From contig OZ024757.1 of assembly GCA_964016885.1 (NCBI GenBank), positions 27,528,001 to 27,592,000 on the forward strand: DNA of 64,000 bases. The letters are read 5' to 3'. Position 1 is the stretch's first letter. Every line of letters starts with the position of its first letter. The DNA comes from Eledone cirrhosa. Taxonomy: Eukaryota. Shown here in pieces: positions 36,337-49,057 of this stretch. The position numbers were made by a program, and so were the translations under genes. A model generated the notes under the pieces. That model did no database searches. It saw only the letters and a program-made list of their open reading frames with translations, and was not told the origin of the DNA.

Positions 36337-39012
36337 ATGAAGACGTCGCATCTCAGAGTTGCAACACTTAATGTTGGCACTCTCAGAGGTAGATATGCTG
36401 AAATAGCGGATGTGCTGGAGAGAAGGCATGTGGATGTGTGCTGCATGCAAGAGGTGAGATAGAGAGGTGCCTCTGCGAGACTAGTTGGAGGCAAATATCT
36501 TAGCTATAAGCTTTTCTGAGTAGGTAAGGATGATGGGTTAGGGGGAGTAGGCATTTTCCTGGCTGAGAGATGGATCAATAAGACAATAGAGGTAGTTCGA
36601 GTTAGTAATCGAATAATTAAGCTTAGATTAGTTGTAGGCAGGAGACTACTGACAATCATCTCTGCCTATGCTCCCCAGGCAGGCCTAGGCAAAGATGAGA
36701 AAGACTGCTTTTACGAGTAACTTTTACAAACAACCGCAATGACAGAGGACGGAGACATCGTTATATTAGCAGGGGACTTCAATGGTCATGTTGGACAGCT
36801 CCAGGATGGTTACACTGGGGTACATGGTGGGCACGGTTACGGCTCAAGAAATGAAGGAGTGAGACTTCTTGAATTTTGTGATGCAAGTACACTGACTATT
36901 TGCAACACAAACTTCCAGAAACCTGCCAATCACCTAATAACCTACAAATCTGGCGAGCACATAAGCCAGATTGACTTCTTACTAGTTAGGCAGCGGGACA
37001 GGCAGATAGTGTCTAATACCAAGGCATACCCTGAGGAAGAATGTACCCCACAGCATAGGTTAGTCGTTAGTGATATCTCAGTAAGCAAGAGATGGAATGG
37101 GACATACAGGAAGGTGTGGAGAAGAAAGGTCTGGAAGCCAAAAGACCTTTCACTAAAATACAAATTTAGGAAAGCCCTTCAAGATGTATATGACGAAAAA
37201 GAAGACGATTTATAGACGTATGACATAGATAATAACTGGAATTTCTTACGTGACAACTTGCTGCAGGCTACTGATGAAACTTGTGGCTGGAGCAGAGCTC
37301 CAACCAGACAGAGAGTGACCTGGTGGTGGAACAGCACAGTAGATAAAGCCATTAGAGACAAAAGACTAGCATGGAAGGCTTGGAAAAAGGGTGGGAGTAG
37401 GGAAGAATATACAGCCGCTAAGAGAAAAGCTAGACGGCAGGTGTACTTAGCACGCAGGGAGGCTTTGAGTAGGAAGTTTGCCAATGTTCTGCGAAGGGAA
37501 GATCAGAGGCGTGCGGTGTTCCACATTGCAAGGCAGTTTGTCAATGTAAATCAAGATGTTGTTGGAGATAAATGTGTCCGGAATGATGCCGGTGTATTTA
37601 GTGTCACGAATGATCAGAAAAAGGATGCCTGGAAATGTCATTATGAGAGACTGATGAATGTGGAGAACGAATGGGAGAGAGAGAAATTACCCTTAGTAGA
37701 TCTGACAGATGGACCAGCTATTGAGATTGACGAATATAGGGTCCAAGAGGCGATTAAGGAAATGAAAAATGGTAAGGCTGCTGGACCATCGGGAATAGTT
37801 GCTGAGATGCTGAAGGCATCAGGGGACGTAGGCACTAAACTGGTTGCATGCATCATCAATCAGGCTATATCTGGTGGTGTCATACCCAAAGACTGGTGCA
37901 GCAGTATTCTCATAAATTGCTACAAAGGTAAAGCGGATGCTCTGGAGAGGAGCAATTATAGGGGTATAAAACTGATGGATCAGGTTATGAAAGTGGCAGA
38001 AAGGATATTAGCACAACTAATTAGAGAAAGGGTCAAACTAGATGAGATGCAATTTGGTTTTGTGCCTGGGAAGAGTACAACAGATGCCCTCTTTTTGGTG
38101 AGACAATTGCAAGAGAGGTTCTTAGAGAAGAATAAGCCACTATACTTAGCCTTTGTTGACCTAGAGAAGGCCTTTTATAGGGTACCCTGATCTGTCATCT
38201 GGTGGTCCCTAAGGAAACTAGGTGTTGAGGAATGGCTTGTGAGGACTGTGCAAACTTTGTACAGAGGTACTCTCAGTAAAGTCAGGGTAGGAATGGAGTT
38301 TAGTGAGGAATTCCAGATACAAGTAGGAGTACATCAAGGTTCGGTCCTCAGCCCGCTCTTGTTTAATATAGTCCTCCAAGCCATAACAGAGGAGTTTAAG
38401 ACTGGCTGTCCATGGGAACTTCTCTATGCTGACGATCTGGTTCTTATAGCAGAATCAGTAGAGCAGTAAGAGAATAAATTCTGGCTATGGAAACAGCAGT
38501 TGGAAGCAAGAGGACTGAGAGTGAACCTAGCTAAGACAAAAGTGTTGATGAGTAGAAAAGAGGACAAAACTCTGATTCCGTCAGGGAAATGGCCATGTTC
38601 GATATGCAGAAAAGGAACTGGCATAAATTCTATAAAATGCACACAATGCAGATCCTGGGTACACAAGAGATGTAGTGGGATAGCAGGCAAACTAACAGGT
38701 AGGGAGAAATATGTATGCAGTAGATGTACAGGGAAATTAGACAATAGAAGTCGCATTGATAGGCACATTTTTCAAATGCAGGAGGGTGCTATAGAAGTGG
38801 TAGATAGCTTCCGGTACCTAGGAGATCAGATTAGCATGGGAGGAGGGTGTTTCGAGGCCATAGTATCTAGAATAAGGACGGGTTGGAAGAAGTTTAGGGA
38901 GCTGCTTCCTCTGCTGACGAAGAAGGGTTTCTCCCTGCGTACGAAAGGCCGGTTGTATGATGCCTGTGTGAGGAGTGCGATGTTACTTGGTAGTGAGACA
39001 TGGGCAGCAAAT
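36337..39012 (+). mobile_element. RTE-clade LINE, APE plus RT, disabled and 3'-truncated
   Basis: Starts MKTSHLRVATLNVGTLRGR...VCCMQEVR (APE), then GDFNGHVG, SQIDFLLV, RT motifs QGSVLSPLLF and YADD, and a Cys/His finger; ends abruptly after GSETWA. Several in-frame stops. Confidence 0.93.
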
Positions 39013-39359
39013 TTATAGTATACTAGTACACAGTGAAAGGAAATTAGTTCATACAAAATAAGTTATAGTTTTTAAAAAAAATCGGTGGTTTATAGAAAGA
39101 ATCATAGTTATCTAATTCATTATATATACCTATAGGTATATATAATTGTTTCTACTTTAGGCACAAGGCCAGCAATTACCCAGTGCATTACTGGTACTTT
39201 ATTTTATCGACCCCGTAAGCATGAAAGGCAAAGTCAACCTCGGCGGGGTTTGAACTCAGATCGTAAAGGGACGTAACTATGCTGGAAAGCATGGCGTCTG
39301 ACCCTCTACCGATACTGCCAATCCACCATATAATGAATTCTATAAGTATATATCATAAA

Positions 39360-39922
39360 TCAGGCTTACAATCGTGAGGTTGAAAGTTCGATTCTTGGAC
39401 CGGGCTTTGTGTTATGTCCTTGAGCAAGACACTTTATTTCATGCTCTAGTAACACTCAGCTGTAGAAATGAGTTGTGATGTCACTGGTGTCAAGTTGTAT
39501 CGGCTTTTGCCTTTCCCTTGGACAACATTGGTGGCATGGAGAGGGGAGATTGGTATGTGTGGGCAACTGCTAGTCTTCTACAAACAACCTTGCCTGGACT
39601 TGTGCCTTGGAGAGGAACTCTCTAGGTGCAAATCCCATGGTTATTCGTGACCGAAGGGGTCTTTACCCTTTATTACATAATGAATTCTATAGGTATATAT
39701 TTTAGGAACAATCGACTTTCGTCAAATCGGACCAAGGGAACAATGTTTCCGTTGGTCTTTCCAATTGCTAATACTATCTATCGGTCGCAACTCCAGGTAG
39801 AAGGAGCAACGTGAAATAAAGTGTCTTGCTCAAGGACATAACGCATCACCTGGTCCAGGAATCGAACTCACAACCTTACGATTGTGAATCCAATTCTCTA
39901 ACCACTCAGCCACACGCCTTCA
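39360..39922. mobile_element. Two copies of tRNA-derived SINE family B in opposite orientation
   Basis: + copy about 39360-39670 (GTTCGATTC B box, TGTCCTTGAGCAAGACACTTTATTTCA core); - copy about 39710-39922. Other copies near 29118-29255 (+), 31105-31232 (+), 57142-57284 (+), 21800-22030 (-) and 35441-35710 (-). Confidence 0.75.
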
Positions 39923-39924
39923 CT

Positions 39925-40150
39925 TAGGTATATATAATTAATTCTATAGGTATATATAATGAATTCTATAGTATATATAATGAATTCTATAGGTATATAT
40001 AATGAATTCTATACGTATATATAATGAATTCTATACGTATATATAATGAATTAATTCAGTTATTTTTTTTTTTTTTTACTATAGAATTCATTATATATAC
40101 CTATAGAATTCATTATAGGTATATATAATGAATTCTATACGTATATATAA
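39925..40150. repeat. About 22-bp AT-rich tandem and inverted repeat TATAATGAATTCTATAGGTATA
   Basis: Direct copies at 39930-40050, inverted copies at 40080-40115, further units near 39115, 39330 and 39677. Confidence 0.8.
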
Positions 40151-40375
40151 TTGTTTCTACTTTAGGCACAAGGCCAGCAATTACCCAGTGCATTACTGGT
40201 ACTTTATTTTATCGACCCCGTAAGGATGAAAGGCAAAGTCAACCTCGGCGGGATTTGAACTCGGATCATAAAGAGACGTAACTATGCTGGAAAGCATGGT
40301 GTCCGACCCTCTACTGATACTGCCAATATATATAATGAATTAATTCAGTTATTTTTATTTTTTTTTATTTTGCAG

Positions 40376-40602
40376 CGGTTTGGGTTTGAGTCTGAAAACC
40401 TGCAGTCACTGGCTCTTCAGCTGAGTGTGAAAGCTCGGAATTTAGTCGCCGTGTTGAACAAACAATTAGCTGAAGAAGCAGCAAACAAAAGCAATGTTTC
40501 CAACAGACGAGATTCCTCGAAACATGCCATATCTGTACCAATTCTCTCTGCAGTCTGTGATATAATCAGTTCTCTGAAACCCATAGTGACTTGGCTTGAC
40601 CG
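40376..40602 (+). CDS. CNKSR2: CNK exon 3 (CRIC domain)
   Basis: TGCAG acceptor, RFGFESENLQSLALQLSVKARNL...SLKPIVTWLD+CG, GTGAGT donor. 227 nt, phase 0 to 2. Confidence 0.93.
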
Positions 40603-41740
40603 GTGAGTGACATCCTTTGAACTTTTACCCTTAACCCTTTAGCATTTAAACTAGCTGTATCCAGCTAGAATTCTCTCACCTCTTTCTATTCAAACTAGCT
40701 GTAACCAGCCACTCATACTTATGTTAAGCTATTGTTCTCAAAATAAATAATATCAAAATCTCATAGATTCAATATTATGTGAGGTAAAGCCTTTACTATG
40801 AAAATATAATAGTGTATATAGAGTAATGTAAATGCTAAAATGTTAATCCTTTAGCATTTAAACCGACCGCATCCGGCCTGAATTCTCTCACCTTTTCCTA
40901 TTCAAACTGGTTGTAACTGGCCACACATACATGAGTCAGACGATCCATTGTTGGAGCTTGAAGGTGCTTCAATGTGGTCTCTCGATGTTTTAGAATTAGC
41001 AACCAAATCTCCCTCAATTTACACACTCGCGGGGCCCATAAAGCTAATTCCTGCTTTCACAGGGAAAATGGCCATGAAAGAATGAAAGGCGCAGTTGACC
41101 TCAGCAGGATTTGAACTCAATACAATGAAAGGTAGCGTGTCCTATGAATTAATGACTGCCGATTCCCCACCTTAGCAACAAACCATGTCACCTCTTATAC
41201 TGAAATGCCACAAACATGCATTTTACAGTGAATACAAAACTAAATTGTTTTATGTAAGATGTAGTGTTTCTGAAATAATACTGCTAAACTCTCCTTCATA
41301 TTAACATTCCACCAGTTATTCTATCTCTTGAGTCATTGGAAATAGTATATTTCACTAACCAGATCCACCAGTAATTCTATCTCTTGAGTCATTGGAAATA
41401 GTATATTTCACTAACCAGATTCTCATTGGATTAGTAAAACAGTTACTGAAAAGCCTCTAAATTGCTGGGTTTTTTTTAGATAAGGTGTCATCATCATTAC
41501 CATCATTATTTATTGTCTATTTTCCATGCTTGCATAGTTTAAATGGTTGTCATGTAATGAGGCTAGATAAATTAGGTGACCATAACTTGTTAATACGTTC
41601 CGTTTTGGGATTGGTTATATGGGGTGAGAGTCATGTCTCACTTATAATACACTCTGGTTTTCGCAAGGTTTCTATAGCTGGAAGCTCATCCCATTATTAA
41701 CAACTTTACAGAGTGTACTTGGTGTCTTTATCATGTAGAT

Positions 41741-42999
41741 CAGAGGTTGTCAAACTTTTGGGGCCACCGCATCCCTCACGGCCTCATAATACCCTCGGTG
41801 ACCCCAACCCTATTTCCAGAGAGACCTGCCTACGCACAAATTGTAAATAATATATATAAATAAAATCATCAATTTATATATAATAAATAATATAATATAT
41901 ATGTGAACGTGACCTGGGCATTACTGTCAGCAACGATTTGCGTTGGACAAAGCATGTCTCTAAGATTGTCAAGAAGGCCGAGGGTGTCTTGGCATCACTC
42001 AGCAAGACCTTTGTTAGCCGCTCTCCAGCCATCTATTTAAAACTGTATACAGCTATGATGCGACCACACTTGGAATTCGCATCATCAGTCTGGAACCCCT
42101 ATCTTGCTCGGAACATTGACCTCCTGGAAACTGTTCAGAGACGTGCAACCAAGCGCAAACCCTCCATCAGACACCTACCATACTCTGAACGCCTTGCTTC
42201 CCTGGGCATGGATTCATTGAAGCTCCAACGTCTGGCAATGGACTTGGTGAATACCCACAAAGTTTTTAACCATCTCGCCAACTGCAACCCTGAGCGCCTC
42301 TTTGATCTCCATGTGTCTAACACACGTGGACATGCCTACAAGATAAGAAAACAGCACAGCTCCCATGACTTTCGCAGACATTTTTTCACGCTCAGAGTTG
42401 CTGAAGCATGGAACAAACTGCCTGCGTCAATTGTTAGCTGCCGAGACACTGCATCCTTTAAGACACTCATGCTTCCCGAAATACGCCAAAACTACACCTG
42501 ATGTGCCCCTTCCATACACATGCACACATGTGTGTATCATGACTCGTGAACTGTTCATTTTACTGATGTTTGTGCATTGCCCTATGTACTGTACATGCAC
42601 TTTTTTAATGGGTTGTGGTGCACCTGGGCATTGTGCACAATATTTCATTATTGTTATTGTTATTATATCATGACTCATACACTGTTTATTTTCCTGACAT
42701 TTGTACATTATTCTATGTACTATACATGCACCTTTGATGAGTTGTAGTGCACCTGAGCACTGTACACAATAATTTCATTATTATTATTATTATTATACTA
42801 TGTATAAATAAATATATATATTTTTTTATTTTACTATATCTATATATAATATTTATCATTTGATATTTAATATACTATTATATCATCTCTACCACTCCCC
42901 CACCACCCTTAGGTCCTAGCGCCCCTTGGACATTTACAACACCCCCCCCCCCCCCTTCCTCCGGAGGGGTGGTAGTAGCGCCCACTTTGAGAATTTCTG
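41741..42999. mobile_element. hAT (Charlie-like) non-autonomous element containing a LINE insertion
   Basis: Ends CAGAGGTTGTCAAACT ... ACTTTGAGAATTTCTG, flanked by 8-bp ATGTAGAT (41733-41740) and ATGTAAAT (43000-43007). Confidence 0.65.
41903..42797 (+). mobile_element. CR1/L2-like LINE 3' fragment
   Basis: ERDLGITVSNDL...RPHLEFASSVWNPY...LETVQRRATK...NTRGH...FFTLRVAEAWNKLP, stop at 42501, then a partly duplicated 3' UTR ending in (ATT)n. Confidence 0.88.
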
Positions 43000-43103
43000 A
43001 TGTAAATCACCAATACTATCTCACATTTTAATGGTTTTTATGAGTGTTTGGGATTGTCATCTTTGTTCTTATATACTTAAACCTCTCCTCATCATTTTCC
43101 CAG

Positions 43104-43236
43104 GTCTCCATTTGAAGGGATGTACGACCTACAAATATTCCGCAAATCTATTGTAAAGTTGGGTCTCCAGTTGTTGGACATTTCCCTTCCTTGTAAGAAC
43201 AAATTTCAAGATTATGAAAACTCAATGTTGAAATCT
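43104..43236 (+). CDS. CNKSR2: CNK exon 4 (CRIC domain)
   Basis: CCCAG acceptor, completes WLDR then SPFEGMYDLQIFRKSIVKLGLQL...SMLKS, GTGAGT donor. 133 nt, phase 2 to 0. Confidence 0.93.
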
Positions 43237-45850
43237 GTGAGTATTTACCACTTTTGTACCACTAACATCATACACCCACAACAACCCCAACCATACCAAC
43301 ACCACCACTACCACCATGCACACTTCAGCCAACACACCACCACCACCATCAAACATGCCACACACACTTCATCACCACCACCGCATCAACCATCCCACAT
43401 GCTGATGCATACCATTGCCACCATCAAATTGCCCCTGCTCCTACTACATCACTGCCACCATCAAACCACTCTTGCTCCTACCCCATCACTGCCACTCACA
43501 GGCAATCCATCCCACACACGCCTCACCATTGCCAAACACTCCTACATACAAACAAACCACCACAAACCACTCTTCCCACAACACAACCATCACCCCCCCC
43601 CCCCGCAAACACACACATACAACTGCTACCATCAAACCAAACCTACTCCTAACCCATCACTGCTACCCACAGGTAATCCATCTCCCACACACATACAACT
43701 GCCACCATCAAACCAGCCCTGTTCCTACCACATCACTGCCACCAACAGGCAATCCATCCCACACACACACAACACACAATTGCCAAACACTCTCACATAC
43801 ATATATACATATAAACCACCACCATAGTCTCTTCCCACACACATACCACCATTACCAAATACCCCCCCCCCACACACACACACACATACAACCATCACCA
43901 CCACCACCACTTTACAAAGAAATTACTTTAAATAATACAACGTTAATCAGGGAATAATTTTCATATAACCAACGACAATATGTTGATATTGTCTAAAATT
44001 ATCTTTAATTGAGATGTATTATCACCACGATCAGGATTTAATGTCCCTTTTCCTTGTTAGCAAGGGTCGGATAAGTCTTCACAAACCAAGTCAGCAAACA
44101 AGCGGGACTAATGACTTCTAATATTTCTAAAATAGCTGACTAACTACACACATTTTCCTCCTGAAAAAAATATTTTCTTACTCTAGCTTATCTTTCTATT
44201 TCTTTTATTTCTCATTCTAGCTTCCAAAGAAAGACTAACACTCGAAATGTTAAGACTCTTCTCCTACTCTATCAAGTGTTAAACTAATATATATCATCAT
44301 TGTATTATATTGTTCTCCCCTAATGTTTTTCCTTGTTGACTTTTCTCTCACACACACATATATAAATATATATATATATATCAAATTTAATATCTTCTAT
44401 CACTTGCAGTAAAAAATCTACCTCAAGCTTTAACCATCTACCATTTAAACCGGCTGTATCTGGCCAGAATTCTCTCACCTCTTTCTGTTCAAACTGGCTG
44501 TAACTAGCCACTCATACTTATGTTACGGTATTCTTCTCGAAATAAATAATATTAAAATCTCATAGATTCAATATTATGTGAGATATTATGAGATAAATCC
44601 TTTATCGCGAAAATACAATAGTATATATAGAGTAATGTAAATGCTAAAGGGTTGGTACTTCTATGACATTAAATTGTTTGCAAGTTTTTCACAGTATGCC
44701 TTGTATTCAATGTGTATATTAAATAAAAATCTGTTACATTCAGAAGTTGGCGCTGTTGTCTGCTTTAAAAAAAACCCAAATACTTTAAGCATTTCAGTTG
44801 CCGAAAGTAAACAAAAATTTGTGCAACTTGATACTTTATAAAACAGGAGGAAATTATCAAAAGTCATTACGTAATGGATGTGTGAAACAAAAACTATACT
44901 CTAAATGACACTTAACCTTTTAGCATTTAAACTGGCCATATCTAGTCAGAATTCTCTCACCTCTCCTACTGATGTTAAGGTATTGTTCTCAAAATAAATA
45001 ATATAAAAATCTCATAGATTCGATATAATGTGAGATAAAGCCTTTACCGTGAAAATACAATAGTATATATAGAGTAATGTAAATGCTAATGGATTAATAC
45101 TTGTACGAGATTAAATTGTTTCCAAGTTTTTCACAGTACACATTCCATTCGATGTATATATTAAATAAAAAAATCTGTTACATTTAGAAGATGGCACTTG
45201 TCTGCTTAAAAAAAAGGCAAAATACTCCCAGCATTTGAGTAGCCGAAATTAAACAAAAATATACAAAACTTAAAACTCTATAAAACAGGATGAAATGATA
45301 AAAAATTCATTGCGTAGTGTATTTGTGAAACAAAAATTATACTCTAAATGACACTTAAAACATTTTAAATATCAAAATATTAAAACTTCACAAATATTTT
45401 CTTTACTCACGAGAATTTGAAAAAACAGCGTCATAGTATGTTGATTAGCTGCCTCGGCTTATAACGGGGTTTGAATTTTTGTCCATTTCTCAGACATAAA
45501 ATAAGGGTGGGGAAGCATCTGGCATATATTCGAGTATAGACAATCCATATTCAAAAAAGAAAAAATATGCAGCTACCAGGATTTCACTAAAGCCCCCCCC
45601 CCCCCCCCCCTCAATAATGGATGATTAATCCTTAAAATTTTGGTTAACTTTCCTTTTGTTATTTATTTTCCTTCTCAAACTTTTTGCTTTCTACCTCAAT
45701 TCTCAATTGTCACCTCGGTAATTGAACCCACTTGCATTGTACAGCTTTCTAAACTCACTTTTCAGTGTCATATTCCACAATGCTTCAAGCAAACTATCAC
45801 ACCTTATAATTATATATATATTGCTTAAATGTCAAATATTATTGTTTCAG

Positions 45851-45967
45851 TGTACCACCCTAGCAACTATTTGTGATGACATTGTGACTAAATCAAAAGA
45901 TCCTCTAGAATTCCAACCAGCTTCATTGGAACTTGCTACCATTACTAAGAAACTGGAGGAAACTTTG
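45851..45967 (+). CDS. CNKSR2: CNK exon 5 (end of CRIC, start of PDZ)
   Basis: TTCAG acceptor, CTTLATICDDIVTKSKDPLEFQPASLELATITKKLEETL, GTAAGT donor. 117 nt, phase 0 to 0. Confidence 0.93.
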
Positions 45968-46174
45968 GTAAGTACATCCCACCATTGCCAATAATTCCTG
46001 CTTCTCTTTGATGTAATATAATTTAAAATGTGGTTTATGATGGTACGGCCATGAGTTTGAGATTTCAAAAGTAGAATATATATATTGAATTTGATATAAC
46101 AAAATAGATAGGGTTGATTAGAAATAGACAAAAATTACATGTTACAATCAATAGAATAGGAACAAGAACTTTAA

Positions 46175-46374
46175 CCCTTTAGCATTTAAACCGGCCATAT
46201 CTGCCAGAATTCGCTCATCTCTTTCTGTTCAAACCAGCCACTCATACTAACATTAAGGTATTTTTCTCAAAATAAATATCATCATCAAAATCTTGTAGAT
46301 TCCATATTATGTGAGATAAAGCCTTTACCATGAAACTACAATAGTATATATAGAGTAATGTAAATGCTTAAGGG
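46175..46374. mobile_element. piggyBac-type MITE (representative copy)
   Basis: TTAA|CCCTTTAGCATTTA ... TAAATGCT(A)AAGGG|TTAA, about 200-225 bp. Other copies at approximately 22265-22478, 28772-28975, 33293-33490, 40631-40845, 40843-40930, 44430-44653, 44912-45096, 46614-46826, 51084-51355 and 56053-56153 (reversed, truncated). Confidence 0.85.
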
Positions 46375-48162
46375 TTAATCAAGACATGAATAATACAAAA
46401 GAAAAAAAGGTGGCAACATGAATAAGACAAACAACTCCGTGCCATCAGTTGTTAAGATGGACTTCTACAGTTTCAACCCCTATCAACAGAACTGCCAATC
46501 CATCTGAGGTCGGCATCTAACAATAATTAAATATTGTCCTGAATTATTTTAGATGTGGAATGATACAAAACACTACAGAATGCAGACAGACATGATAATT
46601 ATCATCATTGTTTTAACCCTTTAGTATTTAAAACGGCCATATTCAGCCAGAATTCTCTCACCTCTTTCTGTTCAAACCATCCCTAACCAGCTGCTCATAC
46701 TCATGTTAAGGTATTGTTCTCAAAAAAATTATATCAAAATCTCATAGAGTCGATATTATGTGAGATAAAGCCTTTACCATGAAAATATAATAGTATATAT
46801 AGAGTAATGTAAATGCTAAAGAATTAAGTCTGCTTTTTCGTATTTGCATGGGTTTAGACAGGTCTTTTACACTGTGCCTTCATCATCTCCTCTGTCAGGT
46901 TCAGCATTTTGAAATCTCTGTTCTCACCATCTCTGTCCAAATCCTTCTTGGTCTTCCTCTACTACAGCTTACTTCAACAAAATAAACGAAAACATAAATA
47001 AAAACAGAACTTACCTGACGAGATCTTCAAGAAAATGTCAGAATTTTACATCTGTTCATTTTTTTTCATGTTGGCATGGATTGGAGGAGACTTTTCCTTT
47101 CTTTTTTTTTTTTTTTGAGGTAGTATTCTACAGCTTGATATCCTTCCTGATGCCAACATTTCCTTGTTTTTAAGTAGGGTAACCAACAGATCTCCACATG
47201 TCTATCTGGGGAACAGCAAGTCTCTGTTTGAGCAGGATATAAACGAACATCACCTACAATGTAAAATGTGAAAATTTAAGAGAAAAGATAACGCAGACAA
47301 ACACACTGAAACACACATATGCACATCCACAGACGCACCACACATACACACATCCATAGACACACCACGCATACACACATATAAATTGAGCTTCTTTAAA
47401 ATTTCCATATACCAAATTCACTCTCAAAGCATTGATAAACCTGATGCATTAGTAAAAGGTTTGCTTAAAGTGCCATGCACTGTGATAGCAGCAATGACCA
47501 CAAGGTTACTGAGCAAACTTCTTTACCACACAGCCATCACTTCACACACACACACACACAATCACATATACATATGTACTGAAATATGAATTGCATAAGC
47601 GAAACATGGTTTTTCAATAAATCTCAATTAAATTATATAATGTTATATAATGCATTATTTTCTTTATCAATTAAATATTGAAAGGGGAAATGAGGAGGGA
47701 ATGGCAGACTCTACACCCCAGTCTTGGCAGTATATCACAGTTGTATTCTGTGGACAAAATGGCAAAAGCATTCCACAAAGAACAACCAGCAACATCCACT
47801 GCATTGGCTACTTGTGTTGGACTTGCCATCCAATCTTCAATGCCAAGACAAAAATATATTGTTCAGATAATTAATGCTCTATTTAATATACAATTAACAG
47901 CTCTAATCTACAAACCTGTCAACTCTCCCTGTCCGACGGGGAGATTTGCCATAGCCTTTGTGGTGTGTGAGAGATGTCTTCTTTTGTAAAAATAGGTATA
48001 GCTTTCATTATGTAAAATCTTTTGCCTCATTTCTCCTCGTTTTAGGGCACTTTTTTTTCATGGTACTCTCCGTTTGGGTTTTTAGAGGTTGGCTGGTCTG
48101 ATTCTATTATTTTAAACAATTAATTAACAATTTAATCAATCAGTGCTCTGTTACTGTTTCAG

Positions 48163-48219
48163 GGACTCCATATTGTGTCTTATCATGGCATCCATGTGAT
48201 TGGTGACATCAAGGAATTG
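48163..48219 (+). CDS. CNKSR2: CNK exon 6 (PDZ)
   Basis: TTCAG acceptor, GLHIVSYHGIHVIGDIKEL, GTGAGT donor. 57 nt; completes the LGLHI carboxylate-binding loop. Confidence 0.9.
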
Positions 48220-49057
48220 GTGAGTGACATATATCTCATTTCTTAAAAACACTGTCAAAATAGCAACAACAACAACAACACTGTCACAATACCAGCAACA
48301 CAAACACTGACACCACACAAACACTAATACTAACACTGCAAGTATATTGACACTATCACAACACTGACACTACAACACTGACACTACAACAATCACTATA
48401 TAAAATTAATACACAGGCAACTTCCATGTGGTTGCTCAACTTGATTGATATAGTGACTAAATCTCCCTTAAAGCACAATCTACTGCTATGATACATTGAA
48501 CAATGTTTTGTCCTGATATAGAAAAAATTGGGATGGTCATCGTTAGAATGTCTTTGATCAAACGTCTGCTCAATTGGGACTGATTCTGGGCTAAACAACA
48601 ACAAAAAATAAAAAATCACATTCTATATCTCAAGTTCTCCACACACGATTATCTCCCTTGTATGAATCCTCTGTGTGTGTGTGTGTAGGAGCTCCATTGT
48701 TTCCAATGAAGTGTGTTCCACTTGCTTGAACAATGGAGCAGCTTGTGCCTGAAATGAACGTGCTAGTGGCTGAGCATGCCACAGTCACGAGCTCCCTTAA
48801 TGTAGTTTTCAGGGAAGTTCAGCATGATATGGTGTGTGATAAGGCTGGCCCTTTTGAATGGCTGAGCTGAGGGATTGACAAAATCAATGAAACACGTGTC
48901 TCCGGTAAGCCAGAACTGTTAGTCCAATAACTCTGTATCGCAACTCATCTCTCAGATTGAGTGCTCTACAAGCTTTGGATATTAATTACAAATTTCATAT
49001 AATTATATCAATATGGGGCTGAGAGATAGGAGTACTCAATATCGAAGTAGAGTTTAA

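Noticed and set aside
41309-41420. 56-bp direct repeat, two copies
   Set aside because: Simple local tandem duplication with no spacer or other structure.
43237-43957. His/Pro/Thr-rich ORF extensions after CNK exon 4
   Set aside because: Read-through into CA-rich intron sequence past a canonical GTGAGT donor.
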